Source: a bacterium
GTDB taxonomy: Bacteria; AUK180
Reading direction: 5' to 3'
DNA length: 64,000 bases
Assembly: GCA_023144005.1 (NCBI GenBank)
Contig: JAGLGN010000006.1
Span: 148,440-212,439, forward strand
The notes under the pieces were generated by a model. That model did not search any database. It was not told where the DNA came from and saw only the letters and a program-made list of their open reading frames with translations. This document shows, piece after piece, positions 28,106 through 38,359 of this stretch; within the stretch, counting starts at the first letter, position 1, and every line of letters starts with the position of its first letter. The position numbers and the translations under genes are program-made.

Positions 28106-29290
28106 TTAAACCGCGCCGTCGCTTTTCAATTCTTCGATCTGATCCTCATCGTAGCCGTATTCCTTGAGGATCTCGTCTGTATGCTCTCCCAGAAGTGGGG
28201 GGTGTCTGTCTATCGACAGGTCAATATTGGAAAAATGTATCGGGTTCTTCATTAATTTGATCGTACCTGCCGTAGGATGCTTAACTTCCTGAACAAAATC
28301 CCTGGCAGCCATCTGTGGATCCGCGAATGTTCTGTCCATTGTATTGATCGGTGCACAGGGTATATGCTCTTTCCTGAAGAGCTTGATCCATTCATCCCCT
28401 GATTTTTCGGCGATACGCTCAGAGATCATTTTTATTATCTGCTCTCTATTGCTTACCCTTACATCATTCGTTCTATATTTCTCGTCCGAGGCCCATTCGG
28501 GATGACCGAGCAAAGCGGATAATTTACCGAATTGCCTGTCATTTCCGATGCCTATGATGATATAGATATCTTTCGCGTGGAAGGCCTGATAGGGAACTAT
28601 ATTCGGATGTGCGGTGCCATGCGGCTTCGGGATCTGATCACCGATCAAGTAATTATTGGCGATATTGACCAATGCCGAGGTCATACATTCATATAAGCTG
28701 TTGTCTATCATAGAACCCAGTCCGGTTTTATCTTTATATCTGAGAGCGGCCTGTATGGCAATGACCGTATATAATGCGGTAAAGACATCCGCTACGGCAA
28801 CACCGACCTTAACGGGAGCACCGCCTTCTTCGCCGGTGACGCTCATCAAGCCGGACATTCCCTGTATCATAATATCGTATCCCGGAAGATGCGCACTCGG
28901 GCCGTGAAGTCCGAATCCGGAAATATTCGCCCAGATGATATCTTCTTTTATCCCGCGCGCCCATTCATATGTGAGGTTGAGTTTTTCCAATGTCTGTACG
29001 GGGAAATTCAACAATACCACATCTGAGGCCTTCAGAATATCTTCAATTATCTTCTTACCTTTCTCATTTTTGAAATTGACCGTAATGCTTCTTTTATTTC
29101 TGTTTGCGGACAAATAATAGGCAGATTCGGTATCAGCCCAAGGCGGGCCCCATCCCCGAGTCTCATCACCGCCATTCGGATTTTCAACCTTAATGACATC
29201 GGCTCCAAGATCTCCCAGTATCGCTGATGTTGTCGGCCCCGCCAGCACGCGTGACAGGTCAAGTATGCGTAATCCGCTAAGAGGTTTCAT
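28106..29290 (-). CDS. Family III CoA-transferase (CaiB/BaiF-like)
   Basis: Start corrected to MKPLSGLRILDLSRVLAGP (ATG 29290). The TTG-extended version in the track would overlap the symporter gene. Confidence 0.8.
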   Translation of the reverse strand: MKPLSGLRILDLSRVLAGPTTSAILGDLGADVIKVENPNGGDETRGWGPPWADTESAYYLSANRNKRSITVNFKNEKGKKIIEDILKASDVVLLNFPVQTLEKLNLTYEWARGIKEDIIWANISGFGLHGPSAHLPGYDIMIQGMSGLMSVTGEEGGAPVKVGVAVADVFTALYTVIAIQAALRYKDKTGLGSMIDNSLYECMTSALVNIANNYLIGDQIPKPHGTAHPNIVPYQAFHAKDIYIIIGIGNDRQFGKLSALLGHPEWASDEKYRTNDVRVSNREQIIKMISERIAEKSGDEWIKLFRKEHIPCAPINTMDRTFADPQMAARDFVQEVKHPTAGTIKLMKNPIHFSNIDLSIDRHPPLLGEHTDEILKEYGYDEDQIEELKSDGAV

Positions 29291-30812
29291 TTTTCTGCAC
29301 CATTGTAAGCCGTACCTTCTGCTTTTGAAAAATAGAGATCCCGAGGGCAAGAACAAATGTTACGATAAGGGAAACATATATCTTGTCCAGGAAAATATTC
29401 TTAGCGTAATGCTGCGCCCAATAAGCCGCGCCCTCTGTGGAAACCACCGAGATCTTGAAAAGGACCACACCGAGAGATGCAAGAGACGCGGTAACTATCG
29501 CGAATTTGGCGGCGACCGGAGTGATGAAGTGGAACTTATCATTCTGCCGCTTGACGATCAGAAGGAGACCCAGGATGACGATGACCGAACCTGAAGCCCT
29601 GATCGCATAGGAGATATATGAGGTATCAAGAATATAGCCCTTAAAGAACATGGCTGCCGGAATAACGATAAGGCCGACCACAAGGGTTACCAATTGCGAA
29701 ACCTTGAGGAGCTTTTTATCATCAGCTTCCTTATGCAGTATCAGGTGATATACATCCTTTGTCATGATCGTTGATATCGCCAGCATAACAGGGGAAATAG
29801 TTGACAGTATGGCGGCAAGTATACCCGCCATTGCCAGGCCGCCCAGCCACGGAGGCATGAAATCCGGGTTCATAAAGAGATGCGGAAGCGCCTGCTTGGC
29901 TGTTGCCGGCAGGCCGAATTTCCCTGTGGCGACTATCATTCCCAATGTGGAAACAAGCAGACCCAGAGGAGCTATGAACAATGCCGAAAGCAGTGAAGCG
30001 TTTCTGGCGGTCTTGATATCTTTTGTCGCAAAGACCGGCTGTATCGATGCCTGGGAAGCAAATGCCGCCAGCATACCGCCCAGTATCCACGAAATCGCTT
30101 TGAAAACACCGAACCCGAACGGAGATTTAAAGGTCTCTACCGTGGCATTCGCCTGGTAAAGCTCGGGCCGCGCCTGTATGGCACCGTCAAGAAGTTCAAA
30201 AAGCCCCGAAAATCCGCCTACCTTTATAAGCCCTATTGTAAAGGCGACGATAAGCGTGGAATACATAAGAATAACATGCGCCATATTGGTAAATGATACC
30301 GCCCAGATGCCGCCGAATACGGTATATGCGGTAACAACAATGCCGCCGATCAATGTGCACCATTGAGGAGATAGGCCCAATACGGGAGACAAGAGCGAAC
30401 CGATAGCGCGCAATTGAACAAATGCAAGTATATAAAAAGCGATCAAAAAGGCGAAAGATGCCACGACCCTGGTCTTTCTATTGTATATCTTTTCTATCAT
30501 CTCTCCCACGGTATGCACCTTGTTCCGCCTGTAAACCATAGAAAGTGTGAGTGCGAAGATCACCATTCCCAATGCGGTGGAAACATTGTACCAGAGCGGG
30601 GAAAATCCGCTGCGGAATGCCATTTCCGAGGTTCCGATAGTGGAATTGGCACCGAGCCATTCACCCACGATGGTAACCGTGGCGAGCGAGATACCCAGGC
30701 TCCTGCCGGCAAGCAGAAAGTCCGATGATGTCTTTGCTTTTGACTTGGCGAGCCAGCCCAGAAAGATCAAAAAGGCAAAGTACGCAATAATTATGAAAAG
30801 TTGGATCGACAT
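29277..30812 (-). CDS. Sodium:solute symporter family transporter
   Basis: 511 aa, multi-TM, with SDFLLAGRSLG...GANSTIGTSE. Confidence 0.85.
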   Translation of the reverse strand: MSIQLFIIIAYFAFLIFLGWLAKSKAKTSSDFLLAGRSLGISLATVTIVGEWLGANSTIGTSEMAFRSGFSPLWYNVSTALGMVIFALTLSMVYRRNKVHTVGEMIEKIYNRKTRVVASFAFLIAFYILAFVQLRAIGSLLSPVLGLSPQWCTLIGGIVVTAYTVFGGIWAVSFTNMAHVILMYSTLIVAFTIGLIKVGGFSGLFELLDGAIQARPELYQANATVETFKSPFGFGVFKAISWILGGMLAAFASQASIQPVFATKDIKTARNASLLSALFIAPLGLLVSTLGMIVATGKFGLPATAKQALPHLFMNPDFMPPWLGGLAMAGILAAILSTISPVMLAISTIMTKDVYHLILHKEADDKKLLKVSQLVTLVVGLIVIPAAMFFKGYILDTSYISYAIRASGSVIVILGLLLIVKRQNDKFHFITPVAAKFAIVTASLASLGVVLFKISVVSTEGAAYWAQHYAKNIFLDKIYVSLIVTFVLALGISIFQKQKVRLTMVQKNETS

Positions 30813-30841
30813 CTCTTAAAATCCTCCATAATAATAGTGAA

Positions 30842-30896
30842 ATTATACCACTTTAACATTAAAATTCAATCAATTCCATTATCACATAGATAATGG
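30842..30896 (-). promoter_or_regulatory. Putative promoter of the 30812 symporter (TTGAAT-16-TGgTATAAT) with an upstream 8-bp-arm palindrome
   Basis: Minus-strand -10 at 30842-30847 and -35 at 30864-30869. Palindrome CCATTATC-acata-GATAATGG at 30876-30896, just upstream of the -35. Confidence 0.4.
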
Positions 30897-30916
30897 AAGG
30901 TACGAGACGTGAAAAT

Positions 30917-30962
30917 GGATGATAGGGTGATAGGTTGATAGGTTTGTATGTGGAGAAAGAAA
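30917..30962 (+). repeat. C-free tandem degenerate 9-mer array, copy 2 (plus an inverted G-poor partner at 31047-31091)
   Basis: GGATGATAGG GTGATAGGT TGATAGGTT TGTATGTGG AGAAAGAAA. The partner arm AACTAACCTCTAACCTCCAGCCTCTAACCTCTATCCTACTTATCC is of the same type in reverse-complement orientation. Together they flank a GGGACA..TGTCCC hairpin. Confidence 0.5.
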
Positions 30963-31130
30963 CAAATGTAATTGATATTTGACTTCTTCACGGGACACGT
31001 GAAACCTTGTCCCTTGTGCACTGCGAAGCGTCATTCTTCATCTCTTAACTAACCTCTAACCTCCAGCCTCTAACCTCTATCCTACTTATCCCTTTATTGC
31101 ATTTGCGCCGCAAAAGAATTATAATTATCT

Positions 31131-32579
31131 ATGCTGGAAGGAATAAAAAAGATCCTACAAAAATCCTTTAATAAAGATAATCTGGAATTCATCCGACATT
31201 CCAAAAATTATGTGTCGGGGGAATTGATAAAGAAATTCGCCGCCTTTCTGGTTCTGCCCATATTCACACGCTTGATCAATCCCGCTCAATACGGGCTTTT
31301 GTCGCTATTCAATACCCTTCTGGGGTTGATCACTGTTATCATATTTTTTAATATACAGGGAGCATTTTCCAGATACTGGTATGAGAAGGCGGATGATTAT
31401 AATGATTTCGTTCTTTCCAATCTGATTTTTGCCGCATTCCTTTTTGCTGTTTTTTCCCCTTTGCTGATCATCTTTTCAAAGGAAGTGTCAGCTTTCATCG
31501 GACTGCCTACGGGAAATAATATTGTCATTTTCGCGGTATGCGGAGCGGCAGCGGGATTTCCTTTCATAGTATTTCTGAAATACCTTAACACATCTAAACA
31601 GAGCAAGAAATACACTTTTATAAATGTAGTCGAAAGCGTCTCATTATTGCTGATCTCCGTTCTCCTGGTCTATTTGCTGAAAGAGGAGCGGTATCTGGGA
31701 AGGATATACTCAATAATAGGGATAACGGGAGCTTTTTCCCTGTACTCGCTTGCCAAACTGCTGGGAATGAAGGGCAGGTTCAAATTTAAACATATCAAGT
31801 ATGCCCTGCTCTTTGGCGTACCGCTCGTACCGCATGCTCTATCGGGATATGTTTTAGGGTATTTTGACCGCATCATAATCCAGCAATTAACATCATCAAC
31901 TCAGACGGGATTGTATTCATTTGCCTATAATGTGGGACTTATAATGAATATGATAGTTATCGGACTCAATAAAGCATGGGTACCGCAATTCTACGGATTT
32001 CTTCGCGACGAGCGAAGAGAAGCGATCGTGGGAGTGGTAAGAAATTACAGCCGTATCATCTATTTCTTTGCGGGTTCCCTTATCCTCTTTTCAAAGGAGC
32101 TTGTTTTCATATTAGCTGGGAAACAATATCATTCTTCCGCGCCTTTGGTCCCCATTATCGTTCTGGGATATGTTTCATATTTCATCTATACTATTTATGC
32201 CAATTATGCTTTCGCCAGAAAAAAAACATTGTTGATATCAATAAGCACTCTAATCGCGGCCACTGTGAATATTATTCTCAACTATACATTTATTCCGATC
32301 TATGGATATGCGGCGGCGGCGTATACTACCTGGGCATCATGGACACTTTTGATCTTCCTGCACTATTGCAATGTCAGGGTAATATTAAGAGAAAAGGTCA
32401 TATCTCCGCTGATCGTATTATCCCGATATCCGCTGCTGATATGCGCGGCATTGTTCTACTACCTGCAGGAGCGTTTCATCGGAGGACTGCCGGGATTCTT
32501 GTTTAAGGTACTCTTTTATGGTATATTCACATGGATGATGTTCAGAGGTAAATATGGGAATCATAAACAAAGCGGGTAA
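31131..32579 (+). CDS. Wzx-type polysaccharide/oligosaccharide flippase
   Basis: 482 aa with about 12 TM segments. TATAAT lies 5 nt upstream of the ATG, so the transcript may be leaderless. Confidence 0.7.
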   Translation: MLEGIKKILQKSFNKDNLEFIRHSKNYVSGELIKKFAAFLVLPIFTRLINPAQYGLLSLFNTLLGLITVIIFFNIQGAFSRYWYEKADDYNDFVLSNLIFAAFLFAVFSPLLIIFSKEVSAFIGLPTGNNIVIFAVCGAAAGFPFIVFLKYLNTSKQSKKYTFINVVESVSLLLISVLLVYLLKEERYLGRIYSIIGITGAFSLYSLAKLLGMKGRFKFKHIKYALLFGVPLVPHALSGYVLGYFDRIIIQQLTSSTQTGLYSFAYNVGLIMNMIVIGLNKAWVPQFYGFLRDERREAIVGVVRNYSRIIYFFAGSLILFSKELVFILAGKQYHSSAPLVPIIVLGYVSYFIYTIYANYAFARKKTLLISISTLIAATVNIILNYTFIPIYGYAAAAYTTWASWTLLIFLHYCNVRVILREKVISPLIVLSRYPLLICAALFYYLQERFIGGLPGFLFKVLFYGIFTWMMFRGKYGNHKQSG

Positions 32580-33066
32580 ACCCTTCAGAAAATTAAAGTC
32601 CTTCTGCCTGACGCGCGGCGCAAAAAGCCGTCTCGGAGCTTATGGAAAAGGTCTTCGAGTAAATCATAAGTGCCGTTTCAGCAAGCACACATATATAGGA
32701 AATAATTGCCATTTTAACGGGATCTCCATCGAAGGCGGCGGCAAGGTGACCATCAGGGACAACTTCCATTCGGGCCACTCGATAATCCTCATCACACAAA
32801 ATCATAATTATGAAGGAGACGAGCTTCCTTATGATTCAAAATACACTCTCAAAGACATAGTTATCGAAGAAAATGTGTGGCTGGGAAGCAGAGTGATAAT
32901 ACTGGGAGGAGTTACCATCGGCGAAGGCGCGATCATACAGGCGGGAAGCGTTGTTGTAAATGACATTCCTCCGCTCGGCATAGCGGGAGGCCATCCGGCG
33001 AAGGTCTTCAGAAGCAGGGACAAGGATCATTATCAAAAATTAAAATTTCAGAAGAAATTTCATTAG
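32554..33066 (+). CDS. Hexapeptide-repeat (LbH) acetyltransferase
   Basis: 170 aa with repeated [LIV]G hexapeptides (VWLGSRVIILGGVTIGEGAIIQAGSVVV). Confidence 0.75.
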   Translation: MGIINKAGKPFRKLKSFCLTRGAKSRLGAYGKGLRVNHKCRFSKHTYIGNNCHFNGISIEGGGKVTIRDNFHSGHSIILITQNHNYEGDELPYDSKYTLKDIVIEENVWLGSRVIILGGVTIGEGAIIQAGSVVVNDIPPLGIAGGHPAKVFRSRDKDHYQKLKFQKKFH

Positions 33067-34193
33067 AATTTATCGATATAACCCTTCATTATCTTTTCAG
33101 CTGAATTGATAGTGTCTTCAAGAGACGAAAAGCCGATCCAATCGTTCCCAATATGATCCTCTATTATTTTCTTTGTCTGCTCTACCATTCTTCTTGAAGA
33201 TGATGTGACAGGAAATATCTTTCCTATCGCTTTTCTGATAAACACACTATTGACCGTATTGCTTATCTTGCCGAAAAATGTGTATCTCCAACCGTCTATG
33301 CTGTTCAAAGAGAAGGCGGCCTGGACACCGCGGCCGCGCCCGTCCTCATTGATCAGAATAGAGGGCGCCAATCGGCTGAGAAAGTGTATATGGGCATGTA
33401 CGCGATAGCCTACGTGCAGGTCGCAATCGGAGTAGAAGGCGATATTGTCAAGATCATAGGAAGTATCATGGATGCTTATTCTATCCGGAGACAGGGCTCG
33501 TAGTTTATCCGCAAGCGCACGGGCGGTATCGGCTTCCGTTTCGGTCGTGAACTCATCGGCTGAAAGCCCCCGATGAAAGGAAATCTGGAACTTCGCATTG
33601 GGAAAAATTCGGCTCAATTGCAATAGCAGCTCCGCGCTTTGCTCGTGATACACGGATAATTGCGGGGGTGTAAATGCGATCGAGTTTATCTCGGCAGGCG
33701 GCAGGAAGCTATCGGGCAAACCTTCTGGGCGATACCATGCCGGGCAGCCGGTCATTAATGCCGGAAAGCCGTTTTTTTCTAAAACTGTTGCGGTTAAAGG
33801 GTCGCGGCAGCTCAAAGGACCGACGCATTCTTTCATTCTATTCAGCAATCTCAAGGAATCTCCGCTGAATCTATATCCCTTAAGATCAAGCATGTCGCCG
33901 GGAAAACTCTTCCAGCCCAGGCCAAGAGGAATGATAGGGACTTTGATCTGGTCCAGGTCGGCAAAGAGTTTGTAAATACCGGGATACATCTCGCGCCGAT
34001 ACCCCGGACCGCCCAATATTATTATACCTTTGGAAGAATTGATCTTTTCAAGTTGAGAAACGGAGAACTCCTGCCAATGAGGAAGCACCTCGAATTCTTC
34101 GTCCGGTTTATGTTTTTTTAATAATTTCAATGCTCTGTCTGTTATGAGGAAATCACCCAAATTCTTCTTTGCTCCGGTAAGACAAATATACAT
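33063..34193 (-). CDS. Polysaccharide pyruvyl transferase family protein
   Basis: 376 aa with N-terminal LTGAKKNLGDFLI, typical of the CsaB/WcaK family. Confidence 0.65.
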   Translation of the reverse strand: MYICLTGAKKNLGDFLITDRALKLLKKHKPDEEFEVLPHWQEFSVSQLEKINSSKGIIILGGPGYRREMYPGIYKLFADLDQIKVPIIPLGLGWKSFPGDMLDLKGYRFSGDSLRLLNRMKECVGPLSCRDPLTATVLEKNGFPALMTGCPAWYRPEGLPDSFLPPAEINSIAFTPPQLSVYHEQSAELLLQLSRIFPNAKFQISFHRGLSADEFTTETEADTARALADKLRALSPDRISIHDTSYDLDNIAFYSDCDLHVGYRVHAHIHFLSRLAPSILINEDGRGRGVQAAFSLNSIDGWRYTFFGKISNTVNSVFIRKAIGKIFPVTSSSRRMVEQTKKIIEDHIGNDWIGFSSLEDTINSAEKIMKGYIDKF

Positions 34194-35260
34194 TAATTCC
34201 CTAACATATCAAAATTTATTGTCGTATCGTCCGGAATATCCCGGAGTGCGGTCTTGCCCAATGCTTCATCCGCTCTATATGGCGGGATACCAGTGCCGGG
34301 TCTTTTAAAGGTAATATTGTCGATAGTGAGTTTTTCTCCTTTTTTGATCTTGCCGTTTGAGACCAGTGATCTGCGGGCAAAGGACTTGGAGTTCTCCTCC
34401 CCCGGTAGACAGGCTTTCTCTTTAGAGCCGGCAAGTTTGATGAATCTGGAGGCCTTATTCAGAAATTTCTTTGCGTCCTTTGCATCCATGGCATGGTAGT
34501 GGTCATTGCCGGCGAGTGCTTTGTTCAGAGTAAAATGCTTTTCAATGACGCGAGCTCCCAGTACGAAAGCTGAAAATAAATTATCCATTTCAGAGTCGGG
34601 AACCGTATGGTCCGAATAACCCAATACAAGATCAGGAAAATGCTCTTTAAGGTCTCTGATCATAAGAAGATTCGCGTCCTCATCGGGAGTCGGATACTCC
34701 AGAATGCAATGCATGACACCTACCATCTTATTGCCGGTAGAAAAAACCGCGTCAACGGCGCGCCGGATCTCCCTGATCTCGGCTGCGCCCGTAGAAATAA
34801 GCATTGGCTTTTTCTTTTTTGCCATATACTTGATGAACGGTATATTATTTATATCTGAAGAGGAGACCTTGTAAATATCCATAAGGCCCTCTAAATAATC
34901 CGCGGCTTCCTCATCAAAGGGAGTTGACATAAAATCTATTTCCTTCTCCTTAGAATACAGAGACAGTTCTTCGTATTGTTCGGCGCCGAAATGGTCGAAT
35001 TTTTCAAAGAGCTCCCTCTGGGACCCGATACTTTCCTTGCTGGTATCCCAATAGGAAGGGGCTGAGGCGGTAACCAGTTTATCACCCTTATAGCTTTGGA
35101 ATTTGACGCAATGTATTCCGGCGGCAACGGCTTCGTCTATCATGAGTTTGGCGGCGGCAAGCGGGCTTATTTCCCTTTCTTTCGCGATATCATAATAATT
35201 CACGCCGATCTCGGCTATCAGATACACATCCCCGAAACATTTAAACTCTTCAAATCTCAT
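34193..35260 (-). CDS. Nonulosonic acid synthase (NeuB/PseI/LegI family)
   Basis: 355 aa with an N-terminal TIM-barrel (IAEIGVNYYD) and a C-terminal SAF antifreeze-like domain. Confidence 0.85.
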   Translation of the reverse strand: MRFEEFKCFGDVYLIAEIGVNYYDIAKEREISPLAAAKLMIDEAVAAGIHCVKFQSYKGDKLVTASAPSYWDTSKESIGSQRELFEKFDHFGAEQYEELSLYSKEKEIDFMSTPFDEEAADYLEGLMDIYKVSSSDINNIPFIKYMAKKKKPMLISTGAAEIREIRRAVDAVFSTGNKMVGVMHCILEYPTPDEDANLLMIRDLKEHFPDLVLGYSDHTVPDSEMDNLFSAFVLGARVIEKHFTLNKALAGNDHYHAMDAKDAKKFLNKASRFIKLAGSKEKACLPGEENSKSFARRSLVSNGKIKKGEKLTIDNITFKRPGTGIPPYRADEALGKTALRDIPDDTTINFDMLGN

Positions 35261-36903
35261 TTTTTCCTCTCATATGAAAGGATAAAGCCAACCACCCGGG
35301 AGGCACCGGAACCGAGATCGTGCGCGCAGAGGCGGTCGTACATCTTTTTTCTGAATGATGTTGAGCTTGCTATTTTTTTCAATGCCCTTTCCAGCCGGGC
35401 CGGCGAAACAAGATCTCCCCTGCCTAAAAAAAATATTCCGTTTTTCAAAGAAGCAAAACGGTGGCGCATCTCACGCGGGTTCTGTGCCATTACAAGCGTC
35501 GGTACGGCAAGGGATGAGAATTCATAAACCGTACGGCCGGCTGAGGTTATGCCGAGATCTGCTTTCCCCATGAATTCCCCCATATTCTTCACATCCCTGT
35601 AGATATTTACTTTACCATTGTTTCTGTATGTCTTTTCAAGTTCTTTGCTGCCCTTGAATCCCAGTCCGAGAACAACATTGATATCGGCTTGAATATTCAA
35701 ACGGCAAAGCGCATCTAGTGTCTTGGATGTAAGGCCAGCTTCATCGACGCCGCCGAAAGTCACGAGAATATTGTCTATTTTCTTTGCAAAAGGCCTTCTT
35801 GGGATTATTCTGAGATCATTTCTAAGGCAGTAATATTTCCTTCCCGAAAAATGATTGCCGGCGGGATGAGGGGTTTCATACAGGGCATTTATCACCAGAT
35901 CCGCTTCTTTCGAACCGGGACCCATATCCTCAAAACTTACGGTTAATTTCGAATGGCTCTTTAGAAGCTTCATTTCTTTCAAATTCGTATCGAGCGTGTC
36001 ATTGATTATTATATCGGGCGAAAATTGCTCCAGAATGCGCCGGAGGCCCTGAGAATTCTCAAATAATTCCAAGGGATAATTGCTTGATCTTAATTTCTCG
36101 ATACCTTCCTTATGATTTTTTGGAATGGTGAAAAGGACATTGTGATCGACCAGTTCATCCGCAAGGATCAGCCCTCTGTATATATGGCCGAGACCGGTGC
36201 TTCTTTTGCCGATCAGGTTGATCAGTATTTGTTTTTTACCGAGAATATGCGATGCAGAAGCCCAATCTGTCTGGTTATCAATATCAATGCTTTCCTCACG
36301 GGTCAGCGGGAAGACGGCAATTTTTTTTCCGAAGCGGGAACCACTCGCGAGGACAGCTCTATCACAGATCACAAAGCCGCCTGTCTCTTTGAATCTTAGT
36401 GGAAGCTGCTGTCGATTCACTCGCTTTTCATAAAGGGGCGTGTACTTACCTTTGCTGATGCCCCATGCAAGATGCGTATCGGGGGCAGCGGAAAGCAAAC
36501 TGTCATGTCTTTCATTTGAGAATGTTTCCATGGCTTTGTCAATAGAGGATACCTTGAGTGTGGGAGATGTAGGCTGCAGAGTAATAATTATTTTGAAGCT
36601 TCGGGAAAGCATTGCCTCTACTTCTTTGACACCGTGAGCGATAACCGGCTCCAATGTAACATCGTCCGATGCCAGCTGCGAAGGCCTGTTCAGAACCCGC
36701 GCTCCGCATTGCCGGGCATAATATGCGATCTCATCATCATCGGTGGAGACAAAGACCACGTCTATGTATTTTGAGTTAAGGGCATTTTCGATAGAATAGC
36801 CCAATAACGGCTTCCCTTTTAAGAAACGGACATTCTTTCTGGGAATGCCTTTGGAGCCGCCGCGGGCAGGGATCAGGCATAAAACGCTTTTACCGTCTAT
36901 CAT
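35257..36903 (-). CDS. Fusion of CMP-nonulosonate cytidylyltransferase (NeuA/PseF-like) with a PseG-like GT28-type UDP-sugar hydrolase domain
   Basis: The N-terminus CLIPARGGSKGIPRKN is the cytidylyltransferase signature. The C-terminal half (LIGKRSTGLGHIYRGLILADEL ...) is PseG/MurG-C-like. Confidence 0.7.
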   Translation of the reverse strand: MIDGKSVLCLIPARGGSKGIPRKNVRFLKGKPLLGYSIENALNSKYIDVVFVSTDDDEIAYYARQCGARVLNRPSQLASDDVTLEPVIAHGVKEVEAMLSRSFKIIITLQPTSPTLKVSSIDKAMETFSNERHDSLLSAAPDTHLAWGISKGKYTPLYEKRVNRQQLPLRFKETGGFVICDRAVLASGSRFGKKIAVFPLTREESIDIDNQTDWASASHILGKKQILINLIGKRSTGLGHIYRGLILADELVDHNVLFTIPKNHKEGIEKLRSSNYPLELFENSQGLRRILEQFSPDIIINDTLDTNLKEMKLLKSHSKLTVSFEDMGPGSKEADLVINALYETPHPAGNHFSGRKYYCLRNDLRIIPRRPFAKKIDNILVTFGGVDEAGLTSKTLDALCRLNIQADINVVLGLGFKGSKELEKTYRNNGKVNIYRDVKNMGEFMGKADLGITSAGRTVYEFSSLAVPTLVMAQNPREMRHRFASLKNGIFFLGRGDLVSPARLERALKKIASSTSFRKKMYDRLCAHDLGSGASRVVGFILSYERKK

Positions 36904-36973
36904 AAGAACATTATACAGGATTTAAAGAAAATTTCCAGATTGGAATAAATGAGCAAATAAGTTAAAATACTTC

Positions 36974-38359
36974 ATGGACCCCTATTTGAAAGCATATGAG
37001 GAATTTACTGAATTGGAGATCGCCTTCGATCTTGATACTCTTCGGCTGAATGAAGCGAATCCCTGGGAATTGATCCGCTTCTTCGCCTATAATGAATTGA
37101 TGAAGGCACGGGGGGTATTCGGTGAGGGCCAGCACAGAGCACACAAGGGAGTTCTTAAAAAGCTCAAAGAGCATTCTGTGCCGTTCTTCGGCCATGATCC
37201 CATCACTGCACCGAGAGACAGGGTGCTCGTTATCGGCCATCAGAGGCGCATCAAAACGGATCAAGGACTTTATCGCGATGTCTATTGTGAGCCGTATCTC
37301 GAAATTATGCAGAAAAACAATATCCCGTTCAATTATATGGAGCGTCCCTATTCTCTGCCGGCACATTTCACTCCGACAGAAACAAAGAAGGTCTTTTACC
37401 TTGACAATATACTGCTTGGGAAACACGACAGCGGAAGCAAGGAGAACTTTGTTTCTCTGTTAAAAACAAAAGCTGCGCAGTTTTGCAAGGAACTGGGCAT
37501 ACCAAGCGGCCCTTTAATGGCATATATTGACAATGCCGGAAGGCATTTTTCAGCAGGAACTGATAATATCCGCCGTCTTCTTAAAAAGATAGTCCCGAAA
37601 AAGATCGTTATGGCGATAGGATATATAAGGGTAAATCAGCTCATTTCACTGGAAGCGAAAAAAATGGGCATCGAAGTGATCGAGATACAGCATGGGATAA
37701 TCTCCAAATTCCATATGGGATATTCATATGAGAAGTGGCGGAAAAACCCGCCGGCATTTCCTGACAAGATACTTCTTTTCGGAGATGACTGGGCCGCTTG
37801 CGCCCCATTCCCAATAGACAATAAAGAGCTCATAACCTTGGGCGCTCCGCGTTTTCAGGATAAAAAGAAGATATCTCAAGGCATCGGGGCAAGGAAGAAT
37901 ATTCTATTTATTTCACAGGGATCCATAGGAGAAAATATCATTTCGGCGGCACTGGAGCTGGAAAAATCGGTAGATGAAGAATTACATATCGGAATTAAGC
38001 TGCATCCGGCGGAAGTGGGAAGAAAGTCGAAGATATACGATCAATTAAGGCAAAACGGAAATATTGATATATTTGACGGAAATGAGGACATATACGCCTT
38101 ATATGAACAGTACGGGACGGCGGTCGGGGGATATTCCACCGCTTTATTGGAAGCCAGAGAGTTCGGACTGGTTGCCTATTGTCTCGATGTGCCGGGGGTA
38201 CATTATTTCGATAGATTTATTACAAACAAGAAAGTGAGTCTTATTTCCTCTATTCATCATTTAGCCGAAACGATCAAAAAACAGGGCGATAGCAAAAATA
38301 GAAATACGGGGAATATCTTTTCCGATTTCCGGCCGGATAAGTTTCTGGAACTACTGTAA
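36974..38359 (+). CDS. Hypothetical protein, possibly a capsule-type (KpsS/KpsC-like) ulosonic-acid glycosyltransferase
   Basis: 461 aa. The call rests only on genomic context within the polysaccharide locus and a vaguely GT-B-like C-terminus (GGYSTALLEAREFGL). Confidence 0.3.
   Translation: MDPYLKAYEEFTELEIAFDLDTLRLNEANPWELIRFFAYNELMKARGVFGEGQHRAHKGVLKKLKEHSVPFFGHDPITAPRDRVLVIGHQRRIKTDQGLYRDVYCEPYLEIMQKNNIPFNYMERPYSLPAHFTPTETKKVFYLDNILLGKHDSGSKENFVSLLKTKAAQFCKELGIPSGPLMAYIDNAGRHFSAGTDNIRRLLKKIVPKKIVMAIGYIRVNQLISLEAKKMGIEVIEIQHGIISKFHMGYSYEKWRKNPPAFPDKILLFGDDWAACAPFPIDNKELITLGAPRFQDKKKISQGIGARKNILFISQGSIGENIISAALELEKSVDEELHIGIKLHPAEVGRKSKIYDQLRQNGNIDIFDGNEDIYALYEQYGTAVGGYSTALLEAREFGLVAYCLDVPGVHYFDRFITNKKVSLISSIHHLAETIKKQGDSKNRNTGNIFSDFRPDKFLELL

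Noticed and set aside
29291-29356. TTG-initiated N-terminal extension of the CoA-transferase
   Set aside because: The conserved family N-terminus begins at MKPLSGLRILDL (ATG 29290). The extension overlaps the upstream symporter gene.
36962-37426. 154-aa minus-strand ORF at the start of the 36974 gene
   Set aside because: Completely overlapped by the longer plus-strand ORF in a locus where the plus-strand gene fits operon context. No homology.
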